Source: Eledone cirrhosa (lineage: Eukaryota). Taken from it: 64,000 bases of DNA. Positions 1 to 13,192 of this stretch are shown in pieces. The notes beneath the pieces are model-generated. The model had not been told where the DNA came from. It saw only the letters and a list, made by a program, of their open reading frames with translations, and made no database searches. Position numbers and translations under genes: made by a program. The stretch covers positions 26,164,001 to 26,228,000 of the forward strand of contig OZ024744.1 in assembly GCA_964016885.1 (NCBI GenBank), written 5' to 3'. Every line of letters starts with the position of its first letter. Position 1 is the first letter of the stretch.

Positions 1-1276
1 TTCCTCATGAAAAATTAAGCTACCCTAAAAGCTGATGCTCCAAATATTTTGAATAAACCTTACACTAGATAAACTTCTATATTAAATATAAGAACACATG
101 TAGACTAAATTGGACATCATAAACTTTTTGAAATGATCTTTGCTAGATGTGATTTGATAGATAATTTTTGGCTTTGTCTTATAATGAACTTGGCAATATA
201 TTGTCAATTAATTTTGAAGGGTTGATCTTTGTGGTTTATTTTTATTTTTTATTATTGTAGTATTTTATAATATTTTTTATTTTTATTTTTAATATCTTTA
301 ATATGTAAATTTTTTAATACGTAACATTTTTTAATACGTAATATTTTTTAGTATGTAATATTTTTAATATGTAATATTCTTTCGTAATATTTTTTTAGTT
401 TTCTATTTTATTATTACTTATTATTATTATTGTTATCTTTTTATTTTTAGTTTTGTTTCTGATATATATTTTTATTAGTATATTGAAATCTGCTCTCTAT
501 TTCTGCTTGATAGATAATCTTGTAGAGTAAAGACAGGAATAATAATACACATATATGTATACTCAAATTTTTATACCACAATGAGAATGTTTTCCGTGAA
601 CTTAGAGTTTGCAGAGTTGATAATGTGGATTCACATGGATGTTTGTAGCTATAACATAAACATATGAATTTTTTTTAAACTAAACATAAGATAATTAATT
701 TTCACACACTATGGATACTTGTCTCATTCAGGAATACTGATATTTACAATATAGTGGAAGTTTTATGAATTCTAATACATTAAGACATAGGGTTTTTACG
801 CCTCGAATATATCTGGCTATTTTTAAATTTTTTTCTCTCGCTATTTTTTCTCTCTCTATATTTTTTTCTCTCTATATATATATCTCCCTTACATTAATAC
901 TAGAGCTAAATAAATAAATAAATAAATAAATGTATCATTGATACATTTACTCAAAATGACCTCCCACTACCTAATTTTCTATATATATATGTATCTATCT
1001 CTATTTCCTCTCTCTCTATATATATATATATCTTTCTGTTTCTTTACATGAAGTTCTTCTCTTTATCTATCTTTCCATCTCTATATTTTGTTCCATGCAT
1101 TTCTTCTTTTTCTTCCTTTTCTTCGTTTTCTGTCTTTCTTTCTTTTTTCTCTCTTTTTTTTCTCTCTTTCTTTCTCTCTGTGTAACATTTTTTCACTGCC
1201 AGCTTAACCTCTTCAAATGCAAGTCGGTGTTATAACGGTATGTCGAATCTATTTATCTATAAAACTGTTTATATTG

Positions 1277-1342
1277 TATTTTGTCTGAGGAAGGCATAGC
1301 ATATTGTTAATATGATATCCCCGAAATATATATAATGAAATA
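1277..1342 (+). ncRNA. Type I hammerhead ribozyme-like motif at a PLE-like 3' end
   Basis: CTGAGGA at 1285-1291, stem II GG..CATATT-GTT-AATATG..CC, GAAA at 1323, palindromic stem III ATATATAT with AUA site, stem I TATTTTGT/ATGAAATA (two G-U pairs); followed by AATAAA and (TA)n about 130 nt downstream. Confidence 0.55.
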
Positions 1343-1472
1343 AATATGGTTTTATAAATATAGTTTCCATTTATTTAATATTGTAAATATACTCCAAATA
1401 TTTGTCGAGTGCTTTTATATCAGTTATAAATATTTACTAGTTGTAACCCAACAATTTTAAATATAACTTTCC

Positions 1473-1538
<66 letters not shown>

Positions 1539-1756
1539 GTATATATGTATATATATGTATAGATGTATGTATATTTTTACTCCAATATTTTGTTGAGTGC
1601 TTTATATCAGTTATAATAATTGTTTCTACTTTAGACACAAGGCCAGCAATTACCCAGTGCATTACTAATCCTTTTGATATATTTCCAGATAGCAGTAGAT
1701 ATACTAAAGGTAGAAACAGAAGGAGACTCAATGGGGTTTCGGCTGATTCTAATAAT

Positions 1757-2632
1757 GTGGTTTTAACTAGTCCTCTTAGTAACCCAGATCTTAATAATGG
1801 GATATTAGATAACGGTAGATTTTGTAAGGATAAAAATAGAAGGAGACTAAATACTTATTTTAACCCGCCATATAATCAGGAAGTATTAACTAATATCCCT
1901 AGGTCTTTGTTTTCTATCTTAGAGAAATATTTCCCTCCTACTAATAAATACCATAGTATTTTTAATAAAAATGTAATTAAACTTTCATTCTCTACCACCA
2001 CTAATATTAGTTCTCATTTAGCTAGCACTAACAATGGGAAAATTAGGGATGGATACTCCTCTCTACGTACTACTAGTCCGAATAGATCCATAAATACCTT
2101 ACCACCTGAGCAGACCTTATCTCATAGTAACCCTACGTGGGATGCATCACTACTTCAGCCGATCAATAGCACCCGGAAATGTAACTGTAAAGTGAGTGCT
2201 AACTGCCCTTTAAACGGTAACTGCCTCTCTAAGAACATCGTTTATGCTTGTGTAGTTAAAACAAATTCCTCTAATAGCCCATATATAGGCTCTACATCTA
2301 ACACTTTTAAGACTAGGTTTAATTCTCATATCTCTAATTTTAAACATGTTAAGTTTAAGAATTCTACTTCTTTAGCACACCATATCTGGGATCTTAAGGG
2401 GGCTAATATACCATATAGCCTTAATTGGCGAATAGTAGCACGCTCTAATAACCTTTCAACACATACTAAATTTTGTAATCTCTGTATCCTTGAGACCCAC
2501 TCTATAATTTTCTCTAGGGAAACCTTACTTAATAGAAAGTCTGAGATATTCTCTTCTTGCCCCCACGCCATTTCAAATTCTTACTTTTATTATAAACCTA
2601 AAGGTTCTAGTAGTGTAAATTGTATCCATTAG
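1757..2632 (+). CDS. Penelope-like element, C-terminal thumb/linker plus GIY-YIG endonuclease (5'-truncated, Nematis-like)
   Basis: YFNPPYN..V.TNI motif, CNC..CPLNGNC zinc linker, IVY..YIGST..FKTRFNSH GIY-YIG motifs, CNLC..E, LLNRKSEIFSSCPH C-terminus. Confidence 0.85.
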   Translation: MVLTSPLSNPDLNNGILDNGRFCKDKNRRRLNTYFNPPYNQEVLTNIPRSLFSILEKYFPPTNKYHSIFNKNVIKLSFSTTTNISSHLASTNNGKIRDGYSSLRTTSPNRSINTLPPEQTLSHSNPTWDASLLQPINSTRKCNCKVSANCPLNGNCLSKNIVYACVVKTNSSNSPYIGSTSNTFKTRFNSHISNFKHVKFKNSTSLAHHIWDLKGANIPYSLNWRIVARSNNLSTHTKFCNLCILETHSIIFSRETLLNRKSEIFSSCPHAISNSYFYYKPKGSSSVNCIH

Positions 2633-4361
2633 CTGCTATATTCCCTTAGGTTCATTTTGTTTACCACCATCATTATTGGTTTTTACAGCTTTCCATTCTA
2701 GCTTTCATAGTCCTTTGGCTACCATACCATATCTATATTATATTTGCACTATTAACACCTTATGAGTTTATATCTGATTATATATTTTATTTTATATTAT
2801 TTTATTTTATTTTATTTGGATTCTTCCTTGGATAATTAACCCCCTCCACCCCCACCCCCCACACACACACTTGTCATTCGCTCCTTCAAATATACTATAA
2901 TTATATTCAATTCCCTGTTATGCTCCTTTCTATTGAATAATACAGTATATTGATTAGGATTTTATGCTCCTTCGTATCCCTCATACATTTCTTTTTTCTG
3001 TCCCCATTGGCCTACCATAATTCTACTTAAAGTCCGTTTATTAGATAACGTTATTCAACTGATAGTAGAATACTTCATTCTTTTCCAGATATTTTTATAG
3101 TAATATCTTAAACTTTGGAGATTTTGATTACTTAAACCATAGCTAATTTTGTATTAACTTATTATGTATTTTAAATACTTTCAATATTAATTAATTTAAT
3201 ACGGTTTCCTAGTCATTTATCCGGGTTTGTTTCCTAAATTTTTTACTCAACTGCATGTGACACCTAAGTAAATACTTTTGTTTTTGTTTTTCGATTTCCG
3301 GTTGATTTTATTTATATATTTATACTACCGTGCGTAGTTTTCTGTCTGGTTCTTATTCACTTATTCACAAATGTCTGTCCACCAACCACGTAATTATGTA
3401 TATTATACTATGTTCAATATTTTATATTGAAATTTTTATATCATTCCACTCTTTGTAAACGTACTACTGATGTTTATTATTTACCGATTATTAAATGTAC
3501 CATTATGTTATGTTAAATTTTGTAAATTCTGTAATATGTTTATATTTTTATAATTTTTGTAATGTTTGGATAATATTTATTTACACCAATTGTAGAGAAA
3601 TGTGACCTCCATCTGTTTTCTTGCAATGGTTTTGATATTTTTCCAACATAATTTTTCCAACATAATTTAGTTCTGTATAATATTTTTTTTCTCACCCGGT
3701 CTGTAACTCTATATGATTTGTTAAGTTATATGCCATTATATTATAATATTGTTATTATAGTGTTATTGTAACATTTATATTGTTTGTGCAAATTAACCGG
3801 AGATTATCTATTATATAATTATATAGTTTATTATATATTATGTTTACTTTTAATCATTTCTTCCTCATTTTATACTGTAAATAATATATGTATTATATTT
3901 TTATTTTTATTTTTATTTTTATTCTTATTATTCTTATTATTCTTATTTAGATTTAAACTCTTAATAAGGGTTAGTTTGTGCTTGTATTGATGGAAATGTG
4001 TATTGATATATATGTATATATGTGTACATATGTATATATATATATATGTATATTGGGCCTTTTAATATTATTATTATTATTATCATTATCAATTATATTA
4101 TATTATATTATATTATATTATATTATATTATATTATATTATATTATATATAGTACAATAATTCCCGCTCTATATCACCACCTTTGTTTATCTTTAGTTTT
4201 TGCATTGGACTATATTTGTAATATGGTTAAAAATGTTATTCACTTCCTTAGCAATTTTTACTTGATAATTTTTACCCGATAATTTTCATATGCTTTAATG
4301 TATGTACACTCCATATTCTTCTGAGTTTTTGGCTTGTATTGGCCGATAGTGCTTCTTATAG

Positions 4362-4415
4362 CTTTAATTGCCCTGATGAGTCCTTAATAGGACGAAACAT
4401 TGTTGGCTAATAAAG
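4362..4415 (+). ncRNA. Minimal type I hammerhead ribozyme
   Basis: GCC-CTGATGA-GTCCT(TAAT)AGGAC-GAAAC-ATTGT-T-GGC; stem III ACA-T-TGT, GUU cleavage triplet, immediately followed by AATAAA. Confidence 0.85.
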
Positions 4416-4877
4416 ACTTTTGATGTATTGAAGGCTTCTTTGGTTTATTTTCATAATTCTTCGGCTCTGTTTAATTACATTAAGCTATACCTTTACTGTC
4501 ATTTCTATAATACGAAGAGGGTGTTTAACTCCAACACACTCTAGTATTTTAATTCTTATATATATATATATAAATATATATATATATATGAATTAGTTTT
4601 ACCAGGTTTTTTATATAAAATCGTGTATAGAATATACATTACAATACAACGGGAGGAAACATAATAGTACTACTGATGATGTCACAGGTGTGTAATGAAA
4701 GAATTTTGATAGATTATATATGTATATATATAATAATAATAATATATGTAGAAATAAACACAATAAATTGTGTCTAAAATTACGAGGGTAGAAATACCAC
4801 ATTGGTTTGATAAATTTAACCTGAAGCATACGTAAGATATATAATATATATATACAGACCGTCTCAATAACTATTTC

Positions 4878-4966
4878 ATCTCTTCGACAGATTAGAGATT
4901 TCATCTGTTTCGCCCTGAAAATTGTGTTTGTAACAGATATTCCATAGGCTTTCCTCAGCGAGAGAT
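4878..4966 (-). ncRNA. Type I hammerhead ribozyme (left arm)
   Basis: Minus strand reads ATCTCTCG-CTGAGGA-AAGCC...GGGC-GAAAC-AGATG..TAATCTGT-C-GAAGAGAT; GUC site; proximal stem I mismatched. Confidence 0.75.
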
Positions 4967-5145
4967 AAGATCAAATGGAACAGACACGTGTAACTACAAT
5001 CCACACGAATGAATATCTCACCTCGTGCGGTGGACGTTAGAAGTGGTGTGAGTGGATGTTCTAGAAATAATAGCCTTAGTACACCCATCTTATAAGCACA
5101 CATAGTTAGGGAGCCAACATGCATGTGTCTGTTCCATTTGATCTT

Positions 5146-5234
5146 ATCTCTCGCCGAGGAAAGCCTATAGATTATCTATTACAAACACAATTTTCAGGGC
5201 GAAACAGATTAAATCTCTAATCTGTCCGAGAGAT
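5146..5234 (+). ncRNA. Type I hammerhead ribozyme (right arm, core CCGAGGA variant)
   Basis: Stem I ATCTCTCG/CGAGAGAT, stem III ACAGATTA/TAATCTGT, GAAAC at 5201, GUC at 5224-5226; core U4>C. Confidence 0.75.
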
Positions 5235-5479
5235 GAAATAGTTATCGAGACAGTCTGTATATATATATATATATCTTACGTATGCTTCAGGTTAAATCTA
5301 TCAAACCAATGTGGTATTTCTACCCTCATAATTTTAGAGACACAATTTACTGTGTTTATTTCTACATATATTATTATATAATGCTCAGTATTTATACTTT
5401 GAGCTTGTTAATTACAGGGTATCAATATGAGTTAGTAACTGTATTTTATTTGTATATATATTTATATCTGCATTTTTAA

Positions 5480-5610
5480 CTGTTGGTCAATTAATGATAA
5501 ACATTGATCACCAGATAAATTAACTATGGAGATATAGAACATACAGAAGTAAAAACCAACCCAAATATTATAACAATATGACCCTCCCCAAATATAACAA
5601 TATATATAAA
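5480..5610 (+). repeat. Fragment matching the 3' terminal region of the PLE at 50365-54030
   Basis: Ends in AATATGACCCTCCCCAAATATAACAATAT, shared with 36196-36345 and the reverse complement of 50420-50570. Confidence 0.65.
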
Positions 5611-6066
5611 TATATACATACACAAAAGCTCTAAAATATATGAAATCGGCAGCTTTAGAGTATCGGTAAACGGATGAATCACATATAGAGAATTATATCT
5701 AGAGATAAACCTAGTATGTATTAAGATGTTGCCGAATTGTCAGGTAAAGTTGTATCTGTAGAAAATGTGTAACCAAGACCTCAACAATGTATATATAAAT
5801 ATACACATATGTAATGTGTAGGTATGTAACAATGCGAGAAATGACGGTTTCACACTCTGTATTCATATAGATATAACTTTATTAAATATAGTATTCGTCG
5901 TTAACATATATATATATGTGTGTATACATCCATAATTTCTGGTGGTGTCGTAGGGTGCTGTCGTGACGTGCCACCTTTCTTGGACGTTTTAAACCGGGTG
6001 GAGTCCATCTCCTTTGTGCACCTGAACACAGCCGAATTCCTCCAGTGAGAGAGAGAGAGAGAGAGT

Positions 6067-6097
<31 letters not shown>

Positions 6098-6099
6098 CA

Positions 6100-6275
6100 A
6101 GAAAGTGTTCTAGAGAAAGAATCGATCCCTGTATTGGACTGTTACTCTTTTCATCGACTTCGAATGGATGAAAGACTAAGTTGACCTCGGCGTGATTTGA
6201 ACTGAGAAAGCAGAGAGGTGGACATAACGCCATAAAACATTCTATCGCACGTTCTAACGACTCGGTCATTTCATT
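6100..6275 (-). mobile_element. SINE-like dispersed repeat
   Basis: Core TCGAC..GAA.GGATGAAAG..AAGTTGACCTCGGC..GATTTGAACT recurs near 6440, 30610, 39470, 43590, 44650 and 49140; TTCAAAT B-box-like motif on the minus strand. Confidence 0.65.
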
Positions 6276-6726
6276 TTCTGGGATGCAATAATTTGATCAC
6301 TGTAAACGTTGTCAATCAGTTTTTAATCTAACGTATTTTACAGTTAAATTTCTAAACTTACTCTATCATTACTTAATAATTGTTTCTACTTTTTTGGCAC
6401 AAGGCCAGCACATATCCAGTACATTACTGGTACTTTATTTTATCGAACCCATAAGGATGAAAGGCAAAGTGAACCTCGGCGGGAACATATCCGAACTTCA
6501 AATGTAACTACCTTTCTATCATTGATACTATCAGACGGTCACATAACTCAGTCTGTAGACTTTCACAGCTATTTAATAAAATATTGCGTCACATACTCAT
6601 TAAAACCGGCCGTATCCGGCCAAATTTCTCGCACCTATTTCTGTTCAAACTGGCTATAAGTAGCCGTTTATACTGATGTTAAAGTATTGTTCTCAAAGTA
6701 AATAATATCAAAATCTCATAGAATCA

Positions 6727-7069
6727 ATATTATGTGAGATAAAGCCTTTACCATGAAAATACAGTAGTACATATTGAGTTATGGAAATATTATGTGAGAT
6801 ATTATGTGAGGTAAAGCCTTTACCATGGAAATACAGTAGTATATATAGAGTTGTGTAAATATTATGTGAGATATTATGTGAGGTAGAGTCTTTACTGTGA
6901 AAATACAATAGTATATATAGAGTAATGTAAATGTTATGTGAGATATTATATGAGGTAAAACATTTACTGTGAAAATACGATAGTATATATAGAGTAATGT
7001 AAATGTTATGTGAGATATTATGTGAGGTAAAGCCTTTACTGTGAAAATACAATAGTATATATAGAGTAA
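6727..7069. repeat. 72-bp minisatellite, left part (about 5 units)
   Basis: Unit ATATTATGTGAGGTAAAGCCTTTACTGTGAAAATACAATAGTATATATAGAGTAATGTAAATGTTATGTGAG. Confidence 0.95.
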
Positions 7070-7306
7070 TTTCTTTATTTGCCACCAGGGCACAACAGGT
7101 AGGGACAGATACAAGGGGGGAAGTTTACATATATAATTAACGAGTACAAAAATATAACAATGAAATAACAACAACAAACGAAGTCCTCAATAGGGAGGGG
7201 GCATTAATATGGGTCGCACACACCCCGGAAAAAATGTGCAACCCTTCTCCTCAGGAGCACAAAGAGTAGGTGCTTCCCTCGTCTCCTCTTTTTCCTCTTC
7301 TTTCAC

Positions 7307-10300
7307 CTACAGGCTGATATAGAGAGAAGACCCATTCACTCTGGCCATTCTCCCTACTTTCACCCACCTTTCATAAAACTTGCTGGGGTAGAGCACCTCT
7401 CTCTCCATTCTGATCCTTCTTTTAAAATGGTATTTGAAAAAGGGGACCAGTTGTTGGCCGGAGAGAAAGGTGTCTGACCTCAGCCCTTTCAGCCTCGCCC
7501 ACCATACAACTTCTTTAGCCATGGCTATCACACAGAGAAAAACCGCCTCTCCTTCGTTTTTGAAAGGGGAAGGCGGTTTGATCGTGACAATGGACTCGGT
7601 GGTCAACCGGATTGGTCCCACCCTCGACAATAGTCGATCCACATAGCCCCGCAGGTCAGCAATGCCTGGGCAGTGTACGAATGCGTGCGCAACGGTTTCG
7701 TCGTCATGCACGCATCTCGGACATATCTTATTCAAAGGATCTCTAACCAGGCTCCCATGCCTGTAGAGCTTGTCTCGAACGGGTAGAGCCCCTCGGTAGC
7801 ACTGCAAAGCCAGAGACCTTTGGAAGTTGTCCATCGGTCCAGGGCCAAACGTCCTACCGAACAGACTGGCCAGTTCATCTTCCTCCATGCCTAGAGCTTC
7901 TCCGGGAGCATCGTCGCACCTGCTGCGTACCAACCCTCTATAGAATGTCGAGGTGGAGTCTCCACTGATTGCCGGGTCCGCTTTCCAGAGGGCCGTGAGC
8001 GCCTGGGTACATTCAATGTGCCAGTCGCCCACTTTTCTCGGTCTTTGCTTGACCCAGGATTGCAGCTCGGTGAGCGAGACGAGTCTGGGAAAGGTTCGCC
8101 TCACAAACGGGGCCCACACCGGTTGACCGGTGAGGAATACCTGGAGGTGCCGTAGCCTTAATGCGTGTTTACGCATCTGTAGCCACGGCATCCCCAGCCC
8201 TCCTTTCGAAGGGTGTTGACAGCAGATGGATCTCCTCACCAAAGGGGTCCGCTTGTTCCAAAGAAATTGGAAGAGCGCGCACTCCATTTTGGCGAGTCTT
8301 TTCACTGGGCAAGACACGACGGTCAAGCGGTACTAGATGACGGATGCTATATAAGTATTCGCCACCTCCGCTCGACCTTTCAGTGATAGTTTGCACTGGG
8401 CCAACTTCTGGGTGAGTGCAAACACCCTGGCCGTTACCTCGTTCCAGTTTTTCTCCACCTGGAGGTCTGGTCCGAACCAGACCCCAAGCAGCTTCACCGG
8501 GAGCTCCGTCCAGCGTCCGACGACGTCGTTGGAGGGCATCGGTTTGCCTCTCCATGTTCCGAGTTGCAAACCGACGGACTTGTCCCGGTTCAGCTTGGCT
8601 CCTGTAAACCTTTCATATTCCTCCAGTAAGGTGCCGATCTCACCGATTTGCGAGGTTTTCGATACCATTACTGTTACGTCATCGGCGTAAGCCGATGCCG
8701 CTTTCTGCAATCCCGGTTCCAAAGGGATGCCATGCAACCGCTCCAACTTCTGCAGTAGTAGCTCAAGAGCCAGCACATACAGAAGGGAGCAGAGAGGGCA
8801 TCCTTGTCGGATGGATTGCATGATTTGGAACGGCTCCGAGAGGTGGCCGTTCACCTTGACCCTTGAGCAGATGTTGCTGCTGTGCATCGCAGCATTCCAA
8901 CCCCTGAAAACGGGTCCAAAGCCTGCCGCCAAGTTGATCAGGGCCCCACCAAAGCCGGGTTCATTCCCTACCCTCTCTATGATGTATCGCATAAGGTGGA
9001 GATTGTCGTGAATGGACCCGGACGGGATTGCGCATGTCTGCGCTGCTCCCGCCAGGTTTCCGACGACAAGCGCCAACCTCTTCGCTAACACCTTGGCCAA
9101 AATCTTTAACTCTGTATTTAGCAGAGTTATGGGCCTGAAGTTACTTATGTCATCCCCCTTGTTCTCATCCTTCCTCACCAGCGTAACTACGCCCTTGGTC
9201 ACAGAACTGGGAATTCTCCCGTTCTGCTGCCAGCTGCAGTAGACCGCTTCGAGGATATCGGAGACCAAGTCCGGTATCGCTACATATAGCTCGTGTGGTA
9301 GACCATCGAGACCCAGGGATTTTCGTTTGCCGCATTGGCTCAGCGCCGCTCCTATCTCAGCAGCTGAAATCGGCCTTTCGCAGGACTTCGCCTCAGCGTC
9401 CAAGAGGCGCGGCAGACCGTCGAGGTATGGATTGAAATCCATAGTCTCACCCGGCGCGCCGCCCCTCTCGAACAGTCGTGCAAAGTGCCGCTGAAAGGCC
9501 GCACACATCTGCCCAGGTTCAAGGATCACACGCCATCCTGGTCCTTCAAAGACCGAATCGTGGACTTGTTCCCACTTTTTGCCTCTGTTACTCGGGCCCA
9601 GCTAACAGCTTTGGCTCCCTCATTACCCAGAGCACGTATTTTACTCCTGACAACGAAGCCCTCGTGCTTCACATCAAAGAACTGGTCTAAGGCCATTCTT
9701 GATGCCAGCACGCTGGCTACATTGCCACTCCTAATCGCCTCTTCTACTCTATCTACTAATTCCCTTTCCGTCTTGTTCCTATCCCTTGCTAATTCCTGAC
9801 TAAAACCTATCGATTCTATTCTAATTGCTCTCTTAAGAGAGCTCCACCACCTGTTGTTGACAATTGCCCCTGTCAAACTCTGCTTAACTAACGTGCTAAT
9901 CCGTTTACTGTAAGTTTTGCTTGTCGGTAAGGACAAGTTCAGCTTCCAGTAACCGGGTCCTTGTTTATGGGTTCTATCAAGGTTGGCTATGCAGGTCACT
10001 AACTTGTGATCCGAATAGTCAACCATGAACATTTTTGGACAGCTAAATGTGTCCCCATCCTTATCTCTAACTAGGACCCTATCTAGGTACGACCTAGATG
10101 TTCCGCTCTGATTGGTCCACGTCCATAGTGGTACAGTCGGAAAATCTAGTCGATATCTATCGGCCTGGTCAAATCGGCCGATTAACCTTCTGAGGCTTTT
10201 AACCCCCCTCTATTTCCACATGCCCCTACATAGTCCCAACGTGCATCCAGGATACCATTCCAATCCCCCACTAAAAGCAAGGAGCGGGACGTTCCCAGAA

Positions 10301-10685
10301 AAGTTTCCAGACGTTGGAAGTAGTCCGGCCGCGCTGCCCAAAAAGGGGCGTACACAGCAATTAGTCTAAGGGCTCCACTTTCACTACTGCCGATGTCTAA
10401 AACCACCAGTCGACCCTCCGGGTCCAGGTGCACCTTCTGTATCGCGAGGCCCAGGTGTTTTCGCAGCAGAACGACAACTCCACCCCCACCCCCCGGTTGA
10501 CAGAGAGATGCGAAGATCTCAAAGTCGTCGAAGAGGGGCGCCAGTTGGCGCTCGCTGCTGATCCTGGACTCGCAAATAGCCATTAGATCCATTCTATGCG
10601 ACCTGAGTTCGTTTAAAAGTTTGCCTTGTTTCCAAGACAGTCCCAGGCCGCGTACATTCAGACACCCAACTCTTATATCAGCCAT
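7307..10685 (-). pseudogene. Tx1 ORF2 (APE-RT-Zn), disrupted
   Basis: Four collinear fragments homologous to the intact ORF2 at 20382-23801; the DQSKAFDRV segment is deleted. Confidence 0.9.
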
Positions 10686-10706
10686 GTTGGTTAAAAGAGG
10701 AAGGAC

Positions 10707-12323
10707 CTACCTGTTCGGCTCCCGAGGAGCAGGTTGCACAATATCCATGGGCGTATTGGAGGGGTTGTTTGGTGGGGTGTTGTTCTGTGGTGGGGTGGGG
10801 GTGTTTGGTGAGGTGTGGGTGTCTTGGGTGTGGGTGGGGAAACGTTTCAAGAGGACGCGGTTATAGGGTCGAGTACATGTTTTCCCCACGTCCTCAGGAA
10901 AGTTCTCTCTTAGTTTTGCGTAAGTGTCCATTGGGAGTCTTATCATTTTTAAATGCGGTTTGTTGGCCGCGCTTGCAAAGAATTGCCCTTCAGTTTCCAC
11001 CGAAGAGTCTTTGTGTATTGTTTTTACTAGTTCTTTGTTATTTGTGTTAATGTATGTATGCTGTTTTATTTGTGTTGTGTTTGTTTGTTGTTCTTGTGTG
11101 TGCTTGCGTTTTGTTGTATGTGTTATGTTTTGGGGTGGGTTGGATTTTGTTTGTTCTGTTTGTTTTGTTTTTGTTGGTGGTTGTGTGTTTGTTTCGTTTA
11201 TGTTCGTGTGGTGTTTTCTTTTTTTTCTTTTTACAGGTTGGAAGGGTTCACCCTCTTCGTCACTAGGTGCCGTTTCAGCTGGGTCCTCGTCCGTGCTGTC
11301 GGGTAGTGGTGTATTTTGGGGTTTTGTTGTGTTTGTATGTGTTTTTTGGAGTTGTTTTGGGTGGGACCGTGTCTTGCGTTATTTTTCCGTGTTGTTTTTG
11401 TTGTTGTTGTTGTTGTTGTTGTTTTTGTTGTTGTTGTGGTGGTGGTGGTAGTGGTGTTAGTGGTGGTGGTGGTGGCGGTGGTGGTGTGTGTGGTGTAGGC
11501 AAAAGAGCCTTTTTTTTGTCAATTGAGGACAGGCAGCCCTTAGATGACCCCTGCTAGAACAGTAGTAACATATGGGCCTCCTACCCTCGGCTGAAATGTA
11601 TATAAATGTTTCTCCATCGAGGGACACCCTCTGTGGTATTCTAGCTATTCGTTCTGGTCTCATTTGGACCAGAACCTCCACGCTCAAACCGCCGAAAACG
11701 TCTGTGGTGACTGCTCCTACTGAGAGGATTCCGTCCTCGTCTTCTAAAAATCCTGTTAGTACCCAGGAAATGCATGTATTTGGCCGGATTCCGGAGACTC
11801 TTATTTTCTGCGTTCTTTTCCCCAAATATCTGGGGGAAAATGTGTGTAGCTTGGAAACAATTGGCGCCACAGAGTATTTCCTGGCCGTCAATTGATCCTT
11901 CATTAGCACCGTTATATTCCCATAGAGTGGCCCTTTTTGTATGAACGATATATCACTCCACACATTTTTTAGGACCAGCTCAATTTTTATGTTGGAAATT
12001 GTTCTGAAAGATATCGTTCTTAGTGTCGTGTCTCTTTTGATTTCTTGTGGGGAGGTGATTGTGAAGTCTCCTCCTTCTTTGAAAGTTACATACTGTTTTG
12101 CTTCCATCATCTTTTCTCTCAGAGTTGTAATGTCCAGTTGCTTGCAGGTCTGTGTTTTTCGGACCGCCTGTGCAAAGGAAGCACTAGTAGTGGGTTCGCT
12201 TTGTTTGGTGTTATCGTTATTTTTTCCTTGGTTGGTGTTGTGACTATTGCTGTTGTTGATCGTGCTGTTATTGTCATTGTTGTTTTTGTCTGCGTTTATG
12301 TGACTTTCTGGGTTTTCACCCAT
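10707..12323 (-). pseudogene. Tx1 ORF1 (gag-like, CCHC zinc knuckle), frameshifted
   Basis: ORFs 11457-12323, 11275-11502 and 10707-11000; homologous to ORF1 at 23836-25832. Confidence 0.85.
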
Positions 12324-12687
12324 TTTTACAAATTTTTCTTTTAATTCCGTGTTCTATGTTTCTTTTGCAGAAGTGAGGAGGGAAGACTTAGAGCCTTGTG
12401 CTTCTAGCTTCTCTGTATCACCTTTCTTAGGGGGCGTGGCTTTCTTGTTAGGGTGAGATGTGAAAATTACGTCCATTTCTATCAGTTTGTCGTAATAAAT
12501 TTTTAAAAGGAAAATTCGCCCCAAAAAGGGGCGAAAATAAATAAACTCAAACTTTGACGACCCAGGCAAGGGGTTAACGTATATTACAGTATAAAAAATG
12601 TTAATCAAAACTCACTTTTGAGTAAGTAAATCCAACTCGGTAGCCGAGCTTGTTAACACACGTCAACACACGTCTCTCGTATACGAG

Positions 12688-13192
12688 ATGTTATGTGAGA
12701 TATTATGTGAGGTAAAGCCTTTACTGTGAAAATACAATAGTATATATAGAGTAATGTAAATATTATATGAGATATTATGTGAGGTAAAGCCTTTACTGTG
12801 AAAATATGATAGTGTATATAGAGTAATGTAAATGTTATGTGAGATATTATTTGAAGTAAAGCCTTTACTGTGAAAATATGATAGTGTATATAGAGTAATG
12901 TAAATGTCATGTGAGATATTATGTGAGGTAAAACCTTTACTTGAAAATACAATAGTATATATAGAGTAATGTAAATGTTATGTGAGATATTATGTGAGGT
13001 AAAACCTTTACTTGAAAATACAATAGTATATATAGAGTAATGTAAATATTATATGAGATATTATGTGAGGTAAAGCCTTTACTGTGAAAATACAATAGTA
13101 TATATAGAGTAATGTAAATGTTATGTGAGATATTATGTGAGGTAAAGCCTTAACTGTGAAAATACAATAGTATATATAGAGTAATGTAAATG
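12688..13192. repeat. 72-bp minisatellite, right part (about 7 units)
   Basis: Same unit as 6727-7069; GGTAAAG at 12711 and 12783. Confidence 0.95.

Larger units (their letters stand above)
1690..4556 (+). mobile_element. 5'-truncated Penelope-like retroelement with long AT-rich 3' region ending in HHR, AATAAA and (TA)n
   Basis: GIY-YIG ORF upstream and HHR at 4362-4415 on the same strand; that they belong to one element is inferred. Confidence 0.55.
4737..5450. mobile_element. Inverted-repeat element (about 250-bp arms, about 130-bp spacer, one-sided tail), inverted PLE pLTR-like
   Basis: 4737-4989 is the reverse complement of 5121-5380; each arm contains an HHR; flanked by TA-rich repeats. 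Confidence 0.8.
7070..12687 (-). mobile_element. Full-length degenerate Tx1/L1-clade non-LTR retrotransposon inserted in the minisatellite
   Basis: ORF1 with CYYCSSRGHLRAAC knuckle; ORF2 fragments with APE (CLNVRGL, VGDWN, SDH), RT (RQGCPL, YADD) and CPRC..H..C; 3' end AATAAAGAA. Confidence 0.95.

Noticed and set aside
1-60. ATLKADAPNILNK as the end of a PLE endonuclease
   Set aside because: Too short and cut by the window edge to support a call.
4668-4715. CTGATGA..CACA/TGTG..GAAAG as an HHR
   Set aside because: Stem I and the cleavage triplet are not convincing; possibly a decayed copy but unsupported.
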